In this document: positions 27,601-40,600 of the stretch, piece by piece
How the letters are laid out: every line of letters starts with the position of its first letter
Position numbering within the stretch: position 1 is the stretch's first letter
Assembly: GCA_050230475.1 (NCBI GenBank)
Contig: JBFLGF010000108.1
Span: 1-64,000, forward strand
DNA: 64,000 bases
Source: Ancylonema sp.
Lineage: Eukaryota
Reading direction: 5' to 3'
Notes under the pieces: generated by a model
Told to the model about the DNA's origin: nothing
Seen by the model: the letters and a program-made list of their open reading frames with translations, nothing else
The model's database searches: none
Made by a program: the position numbers and the translations under genes

Positions 27601-30254
27601 CAGTCAGTCAAGGAGGTCCAGTCCTTTCTCGGCTTCGCTAACTTCTACACACATTTCATTAACGGGTATTCTACGGTGGCGTGCCCCCTCACCTCATTGT
27701 GGACAACTGATGTTAGAGGCGTCGGAAGGACGGGGCGGCTTAAGCTTTCCAATCCCTCAAGCTGGCCTTCACCTCACCTCCCGTCCTGCAACATTTCCAA
27801 CCGCTGCAGCCGCTTACCATCGAAGCAGACGCCTCAGACTTCTGCCTCGGCTGCGTTTTGTCGCAGCCAGATCCCAGAGGCGAGCACCACCCAGTAGCAT
27901 ACTACTCCCGGAAGTTCATCCCGGCCGAACTCAACGATCTTATCTACGACAAAGAGCTGCTCGCCATCGTGGCTGCCTTTCGCCAGTAGCGAGTCTACCT
28001 GGAAGGCGCGGCCCACCCTATCGTCGTCTACACCGACCATAAGAACCTGGAGTACTTCCAGACCGCTCGAACTACATTCCGCAGGCATGCGCGGTGGGCC
28101 GAGACGCTAGCAGCCTACGACTTCACTATAATCTACAGGAAGGGGTCCAGCAATGGCAAGGACGCCCTTTCCCACAGACTTGACTATCTGTGTTACCAGC
28201 CACATCCCCCCACCCAGTCCTTCCACCACCAGCTCTTCTACCAGTCCCCCAGTGCGTGCGGCAGCTATACTCCTAGCACCTAACGACCCCATCCTACAGG
28301 ACGTGCGCGCTGCTCAGCTAGCAGACCCTACCCTACACGCTATCGCTACGTCCCTACAACTCGGACCCGCTCGGGAATCCAACCCGAGTCGCACTGCAGG
28401 CGAGTCCCAAATCCCCTACACCCTACGAGACGGCCTTCTGTACCATAGCAGCCGCCTCGCTATTCCCCCTACCGCTGCAGCCCTTATCCTCTCTTGACTT
28501 ACCACGACGCACCTATGGGAGGCCACTTCGGCACTGCCCGCACGCACGCGCTGGTGGCGCAGTACTTCCACTGGCTTGGCCTATCGAAGGCAGTGGAAGA
28601 ATACGTGCGTACGTGCGACATCTGCGCCCGGAACAAGCCGGTGCGCCATGCGCCCTACGGACTGCTGTCTCCCCTACCAATCCCTACCCAGCCTTGGACC
28701 AGTGTCTCTCTCTACTCGATAACAGACCTTCCCCCTAGCGACTACCACGACGCAATTCCGGTGGTCGTCGACCGGCTGACGAAGCAGGCCCACTTCATCC
28801 CTACCACCAAGGCCATGGCGGCTCCTGAGGTCGCAACGCTTTTCGTGCAACAGGTGGTGCGCCTGCATGGGTTGCCCAGCAGCCTCATCAGCGACCGCGA
28901 TCCCATCTTCACCAGCCACTTTTTGGCGCCGGCTGTTAGAGCTGCTCGGTGTCCGGGCCAACCGCTCCTCTGCTTTTCAGCAGACGGACGGGCAGACGGA
29001 GCGCCTGAATTCGGTTCTCGAGCAATATCTGCGAATCTACACTAATTACCAACAATCCGATTGGTCTCAACTTCTGCCGCTCGCAGAGTTCGCTTACAAC
29101 AACTCCAAGCACTCCGCCACCACCCTCTCCCCGTTCTTTGCCAACTACGGCTTCCACCCGCAAATGTCGCTGCTCCCCCCCTCCCCCAAATTCCCCCAAC
29201 CCCGCAGCCGACGACTACGTCAAAACGATCCACCCAAGATTTCCTCCAGTTAGCGCTTCGCAAATCGCAGCGGGCGATGGAAACTTCGGCCAATCGGAAG
29301 CGCAGATCTGCTCCGATATTTTCGCCTGGTCATGAAGTATGGCTGTCCCGGCGCCACGTCGGATCCACTCGTCCTTCTTCCAAACTGGATGTCCGTCGTC
29401 TGGGTCTTTTTCCGGTTCTTGGCCAGATCGGCACCTCGTCGTATCGCTTGGAGCTCCCGTCCTCTGTGAAAATCCATCCGGTCTTCCACGTCAGCCTCCT
29501 CGAGCCGTACCATACCATACCAACACGTTCCCAGGTCGTGTCGTGGCGCCTTCACCTCCGGTCGTTGTGGACGGCGCGCCGCAACATGAGGTGGCCACAG
29601 TTCTGAATTCCAAGATCGTGCGAGGCCAGCTCTTTTACCTCGTCGACTGGGTCGGGTACGATGAATCAGAGCGTTCTTGGGAACCTGCCGACAACATGGA
29701 AAATGGTGCGGACGCGGTCGCAGATCTCCATGCCACGTTTCCCGCTCGGCCTGCACCGCCTCCCTCATCGCGTTCCGCGCCTTGAGGGGGGGGCACTGTT
29801 AGGACCCCTCGCTACAGTCAGTAGGGCTCCTTAGCGAGGTCCCCACACTTAGCGCTAAAGCGCTACTAGCTCAGTTTCCTCTATAGCGAGTTCTGTCCCT
29901 ATAGAGTGGGAGTTGTGTCCCTAGCGGCCGCCTGGCCCCTAGGGAGTATTATTTTGATGTGTCGTTAGCTAAGGCAGTTGTGCCGTTAGCCAGACTTGAT
30001 GTGTCTTTATCATAATTAGAGTGAGTTATCCCACTTGTGGTCGTGGTTCAGATTTTAGCCAGTTCCTATATCTAGTCGATAGGAATGCCTTTAGAGCATT
30101 CCTATCAACTCATGTACTTGCACTCCAGATTATATCAACACCATTTCCATCGGCTCATGCCATCTCGTCCTATCCGGCATTTCGCCACCTCCTTCCACTT
30201 GTGTGCATATTGCAACTTGCTTGCTAGGGACGCCTTTTGCATCCGTCCCTAACA
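24688..30254 (+). mobile_element. Ty3/Gypsy chromovirus, full-length degenerate (LTRs 24688-25145 and 29797-30254)
   Basis: LTR pair; TSD AGGGG; PPT GAGGGGGGG; RT (LRLCVDYRQLN, FTKIDLRNAYHQ, ILDD), RNase H, integrase with GPY/F-like HPVFHVSLL, and chromodomain (YLVDWVGYDESERSWEP). Confidence 0.96.
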
Positions 30255-31609
30255 AGGGGGGACTCACGAAGAGGCTTGGTGGCAGGGTGGGGGCGAACCA
30301 ATGGGGACCCATGGCTGCCGCTCAAAGAAGAACGAGGAAGGCTGCGGCGGGAGGGAGTAGAGAGAGATAAGGAAATCGTTTCTTTCTTTCCACTGCCCTC
30401 TTGCCTCTCCCCCCTCCACTTGTTGTGCACCTCCACCAAGGTGGCCAGGTGGGACGAATACTGGGGTGGATGGAAAGGCCACAAGGGGGGGGAGTGGCCA
30501 AAGTGGGAGATTTGATTCAAACTCGACAAGTCGGGGGCGATGACGAGTGCCACGTCCGTACACATCCGTGTCGACCGTGGGAGTAAAGAAGAAGCTTGCG
30601 AAGGATGTCTCCCTCCCCCCCCACCTGCCTCTCCCCCCCCCCCACCTCCATGTCCAGCGCAAAGAGGGTGACGTGGAAGATGCGGTACACGGCCTCTGCC
30701 ACCTCCTCGAATCGCAGGCCCCAAAACCGTTCCGGGAACAGCACTAGGTACACGCTTTGGTCTTGACCGTGGGAGAACTCGTTGAGCCAATGGGAGGGGG
30801 GGCCCTGACGACATACCGCCAGCCTTGGTCGGAACAGGTTGGTGAGGAAAGTGGTGAGGCCGAGAATGAGGCACCCTCGGGCGAGCATCTTGAAACGGAT
30901 CGCGTCGATGCATATCACCTCCACCCCCTCTGTGTCGTCCCATATGGCACCCCCCCGGTTGTGGGGCCGTATCACCTCCACCATCACCCTCACGTGCGGC
31001 CCACAGTAGCGGTGGAAGGCAAGGGCGCGGAAAAACTGACGCGAATCCTCCGCCCCACTCTCCTCCCCCTCCTGGTTCCCCAGCAAGAAGACAGCAAGGG
31101 CGGAGCGGGCGGCCACCCGCTTCAGATCGGCCTCCACCAGGACTCGCCCCTCCACAAAATCCACCTGGCCTCCGTATAAAGCAAAGACAACTTTCATGGA
31201 AAAGGAGGGGCGGAAGGGCGCGAATATGACGACTTTGAGCGGGTAGCATGCCATGTCCGCGTTGTGCACGGGGTGGAACAACGCGATCAGCATCTCCTTC
31301 ACAACCCGTTCCGTGATGTGACCCGGGAGGAGGATGTAGCGACGACCCAACAGCTGGCGGGGGGAGATGCGTGGCCCGTACGGTTTCCGGTTGGCGATGT
31401 CCAAGATGCGATTGATCTGCACCGGGATGTAGGTGAGCGACGTGACGATGGCCATGATGGCCACCGCTCGTCCCTAGTTGGTCGCTGCCAGGACGTCCCC
31501 GTATCCGACCATAGCCACGGTCACCACCATGAAGTGAAAAGAGGAGAAGAGGGAGACACAGCCCTTGGGGCTGCACCCCTGGGCGGCGAGCCCGTGGGTG
31601 CCCGTGGCC

Positions 31610-34600
31610 TGTAGGAATATTCGGATAGCCATGCCTTATGCTTGCTAGTCCAGTTGTGACCGGTTACTCTAACCGGGCGCCATATTCCTAGATGTGCTTG
31701 TATGCGGGGCCGGGCACGATTGTGTTCGGGCACCTGATATGTTGTCACGCTTGATGTCGACACTTAGAGTCGTTATTAGCGGTTGGCATGCTTGACGTGT
31801 CTTGATTGGTTCGATCTAGTCATGTCAGGAGTGTCCGGCATGTGCCGTTGACACATAGATGAGTTGTCACTCAAGGATAGGCCGACGGTCAATTGTACCG
31901 ACCGTCGGCAGACAACGATCTGTAAAGCGCATCGGGTATTACCATCCCCGATGCGATCACAATAATTCGTTCCACACACGCAACTCTTGTCTGTTTGATC
32001 ATCAGTGATAGAGATCTGTTATTTGCGTACGGTTCGTTTTGTCGCCCACCAAATCCTGCACGTCATCACTCAAAAGCTTAAAGGTTATGGGCCCACGTGC
32101 GGTCTAGTTCAGATGCCGTGTTGGTTAAAAACTAAAGGCTCCACGCGATCGCTGCGTCTCTGTGAACGGTAAATTGTGTCTGTAAGGGCAAATTTAGCCG
32201 TGGTTGTTAAGTACTGCTAGACGTCATTTCGACATTGCGTTGCACGAAATTGAGCTGAGAGCTGCATTGCAAGAATTGCACTGAGAGCTGAAGTTGCGTG
32301 AGAATTCTCGTAAAATCCTACACATTGTTGCCATAGATGTTGGATAAATCTCAAATTCCGCAGTTTACTAGAGCAGATTATAGAGGATGGGCCTTCAAGG
32401 TCAAGTATGGGTTAGCAGACAAAAAGCTGCATCGTGTGGTCATGGATTGGGACAGCCTGCTGCGGCGGCGTCGTCCATATGTTATTTTGCCATTGACCCC
32501 AGACAATGAGCTGCAGTTTACTACTAGGGGGGTCGACGTTGATGTCGAGAGAAGGACCAGGGAGCAGCGGATTTCCTAGCAGCTGCCACAGCTCGAGAAA
32601 TGGGACGAGGATAATCTGGCTGCAATGGCGTACATCCAGAAGCATTTGGGTCCCTCGGAGCTGACACACGTCACGGACTGCACGACAGTTGCCGGGATGT
32701 AGGAGGCACTGAAGACTTTTTATATGGTGCACGGAGCGATCGAGATCGCCAACACCGAGGCGCTGCTGAGCGCTATTATTCAGGCGGAGGCTGAAGACCT
32801 CAATTCTACGTGAAGCGGCTGCAGCAGATCCATGAGGACCTGAAGAATCTGGGTGCGCCGGTGACGCCAATGAAGCAGCTATTAATTTGCTGAACTCCCT
32901 CAACACTCACTACAGCCCCATGGTGTCGACTCTCATGCCATGGTCAGAATCATCACCGCATCTTTTCACGATTCCGCACATTGTGAACGCGCTGCTGCGC
33001 GACGACGTTCGCAAGGAGCTGAATGAGCGGAAGAGGGGGGCGCTGCCAGGAGGTCACCACGCACTATGGTGACCTGGAGGGGGTAGCGGAGCTGGAGGAA
33101 GCAGCAGATATGGTGGTGGGGGTGGAGCTGGTCGCAGAGACGCTGGAGGCGTCGAATGCTTCAACTGCCACCAATTCGGCCACATCAGGGCAAACTGTAC
33201 TTCACCAGCCGTTGGCGGAGGCCATGCCGGAGCTTGGAAATGCCACAGGTGCTACCAAGCAGGCCATAGGGCTCCGCAGTGCCCTGCAGCATCGCCAGCA
33301 GCTGCGAATGTCGGACATGCACATCAAGGAAGTTCAAGGGGGAAGATCAAGTGCAGATATTGCAACAATCTTGGGCATTCCATTGACAAATGTAGAAAAC
33401 GTGCATCTGATATGGCATTGATGAACCCAGAGGCTACTCGAAAGACTGAAGCACAGGCTAGACTTGCTCGCTTTGCTAACACACCTTTCGATGCCAATGT
33501 GGATAGTCTTGCTTTTGGTGCATTCTCATTTGATGTTGCCCGAGCTCTGTCTGCTGGTTCTCACAAAGAGTCTCTCATCCTGGATTCAGGGGCTACTGAC
33601 CACATCTTCACCGAGCATGACCATTTCGTTGAGTACACCCCGACCCTGAGCACGTAAAGAGCCTTCATCACCACTGCTGACGGCTCATCGTACAAGGTGG
33701 CAGGCACGGGTTTCGTGCACATCCGAGTCAGGAACGGGAGCTCGTTCTTCGTGCAGCCTCTCAACTCGATCCACGTCCCTACCTTTGCCTGCACCCTCGT
33801 GTCGACATCATGCCTCGTCAAAAGAGGTGGGCTGAGCTTGTTCCAGCTGCCCACGGGTCTATAATTGAAAAAGGGGGATGTGAAATGGGCTGATGTAGTT
33901 GAACAGCCTAGTGGTCTCACTTTGCTAGCTGCTACCATCATCATGCCTGGGTCTCACAATACCACAGCAAACTTATCCACAGGCATGATCTGGCATCACA
34001 TTGGGTCATTCTGGTGCTGATGTAATGTCAGATTTTGTCAGACGTGGGGACATCCCTAAGTTAAGTTCAGATGAATTAGCCAGTTGAGTCACGCCAAGGC
34101 CACCGAAGATCTAGGGACATGCCCCAAGATGGGACGCATTCACCTGGATCTGATTGGACCTCTTTCTGTTAGGTCTGCTTAAAACGATTTGTCACTTAAC
34201 ACGGTAGCGCACAAGTTCATTGCTTTACAATACACGACAATAAACTGTACGGTAAAGCAACATCGTTTTGGTATGATTGTGAAATATAATTAGAAAAGCA
34301 TTCTCGTCGGGCTAATGTACCCGACGAGGCGACAACGGTACAATCATTACTAAACACTTTTCTAACCGACGGTCGGAACTATCAACCGCCGTCGTGCTAC
34401 CGCACGTGTGTCTACGGCAACCTGCCGGACTCGAGTGCCACCACACAAATCCAACTAATGGAGTGGTGACACCGCATAGCATCCTACAACGACTACTAGC
34501 TTGGTCACGTCCGTGCAAGTGTGGACGTGCCGTGTGCGGACGGATACCCGGGTATAGCATTCCCGGCTCCGTGTCCTAAAAGGCTAAAAGGCAATTTAGC

Positions 34601-37600
34601 CGGACAAAGCAAACAAAGATATTTTCGTGCCTATCCGAACTCAAATTCCTAACCACCCCCTCGGATGCACAGCCTTGTTTGGCATTGTCTAGTGCAAAAG
34701 AGGACTACCCTACAACCGGGTAATTGTTGGTCTTCCCTAGTCAAACATAATCTCTAGGGGCTCCTATCTATATCATCTCAAATCATCACGCATGAACTCG
34801 GAAAAACGCTCCCGATCCTTGTCGTTTTTCGGGCCGAAGCCGCCCTGAACATACACAAAAACAACAAGTTAGTCGACAAAAACAAAAAACAAAAATCATT
34901 TTTCACTTTCCAGTTTTGAGTCCGAAAATTCAAACTTGCATATACTTCTTGATAACATAACAGATCACTCTCAGATTTTTTGACATAACACACTCCAAGA
35001 GCAATATCAATACACATACGAAAATTCAGATTAAAACAAGTTCAGATGCAAAAACTCAGTTTTCTGATTTTAACTTTTTCACATTTTTCTGAACTTAAGA
35101 CATTTTAAAGTTTGAAAATTGGAAGGGACTCAGCTTTGAAAAGAATATCAGTCCTCCACCTCTGTGTCATACAAATCACCCCCTGCCAGACTAGGCAGTG
35201 GATCTTCTCCAGCAATTTCTCATCAGCAACACCTCTTTATTTGACTTTTCCAAAACCTACAAACTTTGTGTGCCTATCTAGCAAAAGTTGAGGCAAGGCC
35301 TTAGTTAACATATCTGCTGGTTGCAAGTCCCCACCTAAGATTGTACATATCTCAGTCGCCCATTTTTTTGGCATTCTCTGACCCAATGAAAGACAACGTT
35401 AAAGTGTTTGGCTTTTTGGCGTTGGACTGGGTTGATGATCATAGACAAGGCTGAGTTTGAGTCAGTATGAACAGTAATCTGGACTGGCATCTTAAGCTCA
35501 TGTAGGAGCGACTTAAGGTAGCAGCACTCTTTACTGACACTACATGCTGCAATATACTCTGCCACTGCCGTACTTTGTGCCACGGTGGTTTGTTTCTGAC
35601 TCTTCCAACTGAGGGCTGTCCCTCCTACTATGGTGACCCATCCTGTGACTGACTTAGCTGTCATAGGGCAACTGTTGTAACTCGCATCACAAATACCCTT
35701 TATCTCCAAACTTTTCTTTCCTACAACGTAAGACCGTGATCCTGTGTACCCTTTAGATAGCGGAAGAGATGATAAAGTGCCTTGATATGATTAGGGCCAG
35801 GGTTGGACATGTGTTTTGCTAGCACGCCTACGGTGTACGCAATGTCTAATCTAGTCTGTTTCATATCATAGATTAAACTTCCTATCTTCCCTCTAAAGTC
35901 TGTGATAATTTCAGGGGAAGGGGGGAAAGAGGGTTCATCACTTAGGGAGAATTGGGTTCCAGGGGCAAGGGGAAGTTTGGTTGGGTTACAGTCCCCCATA
36001 CCATACCTATCCAGCACTTGTCTCACATACCCGCCTTGAAATAGTGTTAACATTCTGCACCCCCTGTCACGTCTCACTTCCACCCCCAGGATGTGGGTTA
36101 GGGGACCTAAGTCTTTCATCTTGAAAGCTGACCCTGACTCCTTCTTAAACTCAGCAATGACCTTTTTATTAGGACCTACAATGACCTGATCATCTACATG
36201 AATACCCAAAATAATTCTGCTCTGACCTCCACCCCTGGTATATATACATGTGTCCATAATAGACTGTCGGAAACCCACTTTCATCATGAACTCACTAAAC
36301 ATCTTAGCCCAGACGTGGCTACTCTGTTTAAGACCATAGAGGGCACCTCGAACTCTTAACACCTTTCCCTCACTACCACGTGGGATATTCATACCCGGGG
36401 GAATCGTCATGTAAATCTCTTCTTCTAACCGACCATGCAAGAATGCAGTCACTACGTCCATACCCTCGATTTCCCAGTCATTCTGGTTAGCTATAGCAAG
36501 CAGCAAGGAAATAGAAGTGCTATCTACAACAGGTGCAAACACCTCGTTGTAGTCGACACCCTCTTGCTGCAGAAATCCCTGAGCTACTAGTCTGACCCTA
36601 TGCCTCTCGATCTCACCAGAAGGCAAGAGTTTGAGTTTGAAGACATACTTACACCAACAGGCCGTTTTCCAGCTGGAAGCACACACACTTCGAAGGTCTT
36701 GAAATCCTTCAGCGACTGCAGCTCAGTCTGAATAGCCTCCTCCCACCTGCTGCCAGTCAGGTCGTTTCTTTGCTTGGTTAAGGGTGAGTGGGTCAGAAGA
36801 GTTAGCTGTCCTGCCTAGCAAGAACATAACCTGGATCAACAACTGGCCCATTAAAATCCGTGAAAAAACAAGAAGGCTCAAAGTTGTCAACAGGCATCTG
36901 CTCACATGCAATAGCGTCAATGACATCCTCATCTAACTCCTCCCCATCGCATCAGCATACATCCCCAAACTCAGCAAAGTTTACCCGACGCCTGGCCATC
37001 ACGCGATCCGATACTCTGATCCTCCACTCCCGCTTCATAACCCCCACCTTGCACCTCCTCCTCCTCATTTGCACCCCCAATATCATTGACCCCTGACTCC
37101 GAGAGTTCGATGACTTCTGGCTGGTGTGGCTGGACGGCTGGTCTGGGCTGCAGGGACTGCTGGGGTACATGGGCTGCAGAAATTGCTGGTACATGGGCTA
37201 CAGGAACTGCTGGTACATAGGCTGGTGTTTTGGCTGTTGCTGCTGGGTCATCATTTTCCTCACATGAGAAAAGTTCGAAGAAATGTTCATCTGAGGGAGG
37301 GGAAAGTGGCTGCGCTGCTGCCTTCTTCCCCATCAATCGGGGGTAGCCTGGCACGAAGTCGTAGAAGCGCACGTCTGTCCTCCCGCACGTCTGTCCTCAC
37401 GATGAGACCAGCTCGGAGGGGATCGAAAATCCTGTACCCTGCCTGTCCAGTTGCCATCCCCAAAAACACCCCAAAGGCTGTCCTAGATGCAAACTTAGCA
37501 CTCTTAGGGTCCTCAAATACTGGACCAGGCACCCGAATGTGTGGCTGTCCTGATACCTAACCTTCTTGTTTGACCAAACTTCACTCGGTTTCTCACCCCC

Positions 37601-40600
37601 CAATGCTGCTGTTGGTGACCTATTCCTTAGCCAGTTTGCATGCAAAACAGCAACATCCCAATAAGACTTAGGCAGTCCACTCCACAGCAGCAGGCATCTC
37701 ATTTTCTCTAGCAAGGTTCTATTCAGCCGTTCACAAATCCCATTTTGTTCAAGACTGTACGGACCTGTTAACTCATGCTTAAATCCTTTACTCTTAGCAA
37801 ACTTTGTCCACTCGTGTGAGTCATACTCCCCTCCCATGTCAGTCCTGATCGACTTAAGCGGTAAGTCGGACTCGACTTCTAGCATCTGGACCAATTCCCT
37901 AACTTCTAGTGCCTCACTCTTTTTCTTCAGCAAACTCACAAAAGACACTCTTGTACTGACCTCTATTCCTGACTGGAAATACTGGTACCCCCCATTTGCT
38001 GAAATTACAGCCAAAGGCCCTACCAGATCCAAATGAATTCTACCCATCTTCTGTGCGTGACCTAGATCCTCATCACTGTCTGACCTAGACCGGTGAGGGA
38101 GCTGAGTCATCTTGCCCTGGCTACAGATTTGACAGTTCTTGACTTGCTCGACCTCCTCATCAGTCAGTCTCGGTATATCACCAGTTCTAAACATGTCTGA
38201 CATAGCATGGAGACCCGGGTGACCCAGTCTAACGTGCCAGAGCATGCCAGTAGACGTGGTTAGTGCCACCAATGGCTTTGAAGCTGTAAGTGGGAGATGA
38301 ACGACATGCGCAAAAAGCAGGAGTAACCCTGAACTGGTTTTCATAACATCTGCTCACTTTTCACCCCCCAAAGACAGAGATGGCACCCCTGAGAGATGGC
38401 ACCCCAGTCTCACTGAGATTGAAGCCGATCTGAGCTCTTGACGGAGACGAGAGTCTGGCCCAGCGATGGCACATGAAGCGACCGCAGCCCAAAATAGAAT
38501 TTCCTGTCTCCGCAGGTCACCTGGATTGCGACGATGCCAATTCCCATGACCTGATGAGGTCTGTTGTCAGCCGTTCTGACGAAACTGCAGCTGAGGGGGA
38601 CATTGGAGTCGTAGGAGTGGAACTGGTCGCGTTGAGGGAAGACGTGGTCCGTGGCCCCTGTGTCCAGGATCAGTACTCAGGCCCTCTTGCGATGCCGACA
38701 GCACCTGACTGCTGCATGGGAACATTGTCATCCCAAAATGTCCCTCTCCTACTGCTCCATTGAAGTCGAGTGCAGCTTTTCCGAAGCTCTGCACTCCTGG
38801 CAAAATTCGCCCATCTTACTTGGCTAGCAGCATCCTGCCTCATTACAGTGCAGGCTTCATGATCATGGCCAGGTCGCTTGCAATAGGTACACGAAGGCAT
38901 TCTGCTGCTGTTGTCCTCCTTGCTGTCGATTCCTTCCATACTGCTGCCCTCCGCTACGTTCTCCACCGAACTGCTGCTGCCCTCCTTGATGTCGTCCCTG
39001 CCCGCCTGATTGCTGGCTATCGGGCCGCAGTGGTCGTCGGCAGTCTCGCATGAGGTGGCCTGGTGCATTGCAGTTGTGGCATTTCTTGTGAGGTCCAGCT
39101 CCTCGAGCCTGGCCACCTCCATCTCCGTTCGGGCAGCTAGTTCGATAGTGGCCGAACTGCTGACATCCGTGGCAACGCACGTTGCTGAAATCTGGCCCTT
39201 GCTGGGGCCTGCCGCTAGGTCCGGCTCCGCCAGATCCGCCATAGTGGGCTTGCGGACCGTCGAGAGGCTCGCCACGCTTCCGCGCGCTGACGAAGCTTGG
39301 TGTCTTTGCGGCGGTGTAGAGCCGAGGTGATGTGGGGGATAGTGTAGAGGGTCGGAGAAGACTAGGCCGAGCTCTGAACGACCTCCACCATGGAGTCGTA
39401 GCGGGAGCTGAGGGGCAGTTTATTAAGTTCGTCGCCTGGTCTGCTTCGCTGACTGGCTTCCGCAGGTGCGCAAGCTCTCCATGGACCTGCAGGCGTTTGA
39501 CAAACTCTTGTAAGTCTTATGCCTCCGCCATTACCGTAGCACTCAGTTTAGCCAGAGCATTAGCTACTTCAATAGCGCCCTGGACTTCGTAAAATGATGC
39601 AAGGTTGTTCCACATTTCAAAAGCGGTAATTACAATTCCTGACATGGACCTGTTCTGACGGACCTAAGAACCGAACAATGTAGGCCTGCGCCTTTAAGTC
39701 CTGTGCATCCTAAGCATCAACAAGTACATTCCTAGCATCGACATTTTGTTGGTGTGTGTTGGCAGCTGCTATTCTAGCTGCAGCATCACCAATCAATGAC
39801 TCGACTACTGCCTGAGTCAGCGGCTCGATAACAGCTGGGCGAGGTATTCTCGTCCTCCCTTTGAAGTCGATGACATATCGATGAAGCTCTTTCTCGATCA
39901 GGCCGAACCTGACCTTAAAGGCCCATCCCTGATATGCTGCTCCGATGAACTGGGGAATAATTGCCTTATCCGCCATCTGCACCAGAGTTAATACACAAAT
40001 TCCAACACAAAATATGCAGCAGCTAACAGATCTAGCAAAACTTTGGCGGCAATTTGGAACACGAAGCTCTCAGCTCACAATGCAAAATAGAAGCAGAACG
40101 TAATTCAAAATACGAGCTAGCAATTCCGGATTAATTGCCCTAAATTAGGCATTTACCTTGATTTCCAGAGCAACTTTGCCTGGTGAAAACGTGGAAATCT
40201 ATAGGATCCGACCGATCAGATGTCCTAGACATGTGGGCCCATAACCTAAAACGATTTGTCACTTAACACGGTAGCGCACAAGTTCATTGCTTTACAATAC
40301 ACGACAATAAACTGTACGGTAAAGCAACATCGTTTTGGTATGATTGTGAAATGTATTTAGAAAAGCATTCTCGACGGGCTAATGTACCCGACGAGGCGAC
40401 AACGGTACAATCATTACTGAACACTTTTCTAACCGCCGACGGTCGGACCTATCGACCGCCGTCGTGCTACTATTGCCGCACGTGTGTCTACGGCAATCTG
40501 CCGGAGTCGACTGTCACCACACAAATCCAACTAATGGAGTGGTGACACCACCGCATAGCATCCTACAACGACTACTAGCTTGGTCACGTCCGTGCAAGTG

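Noticed and set aside
30224..31576. 450-aa ORF treated as an independent gene
   Set aside because: Mostly an alternative frame of the channel pseudogene; at most a short stretch is the true frame after a frameshift.
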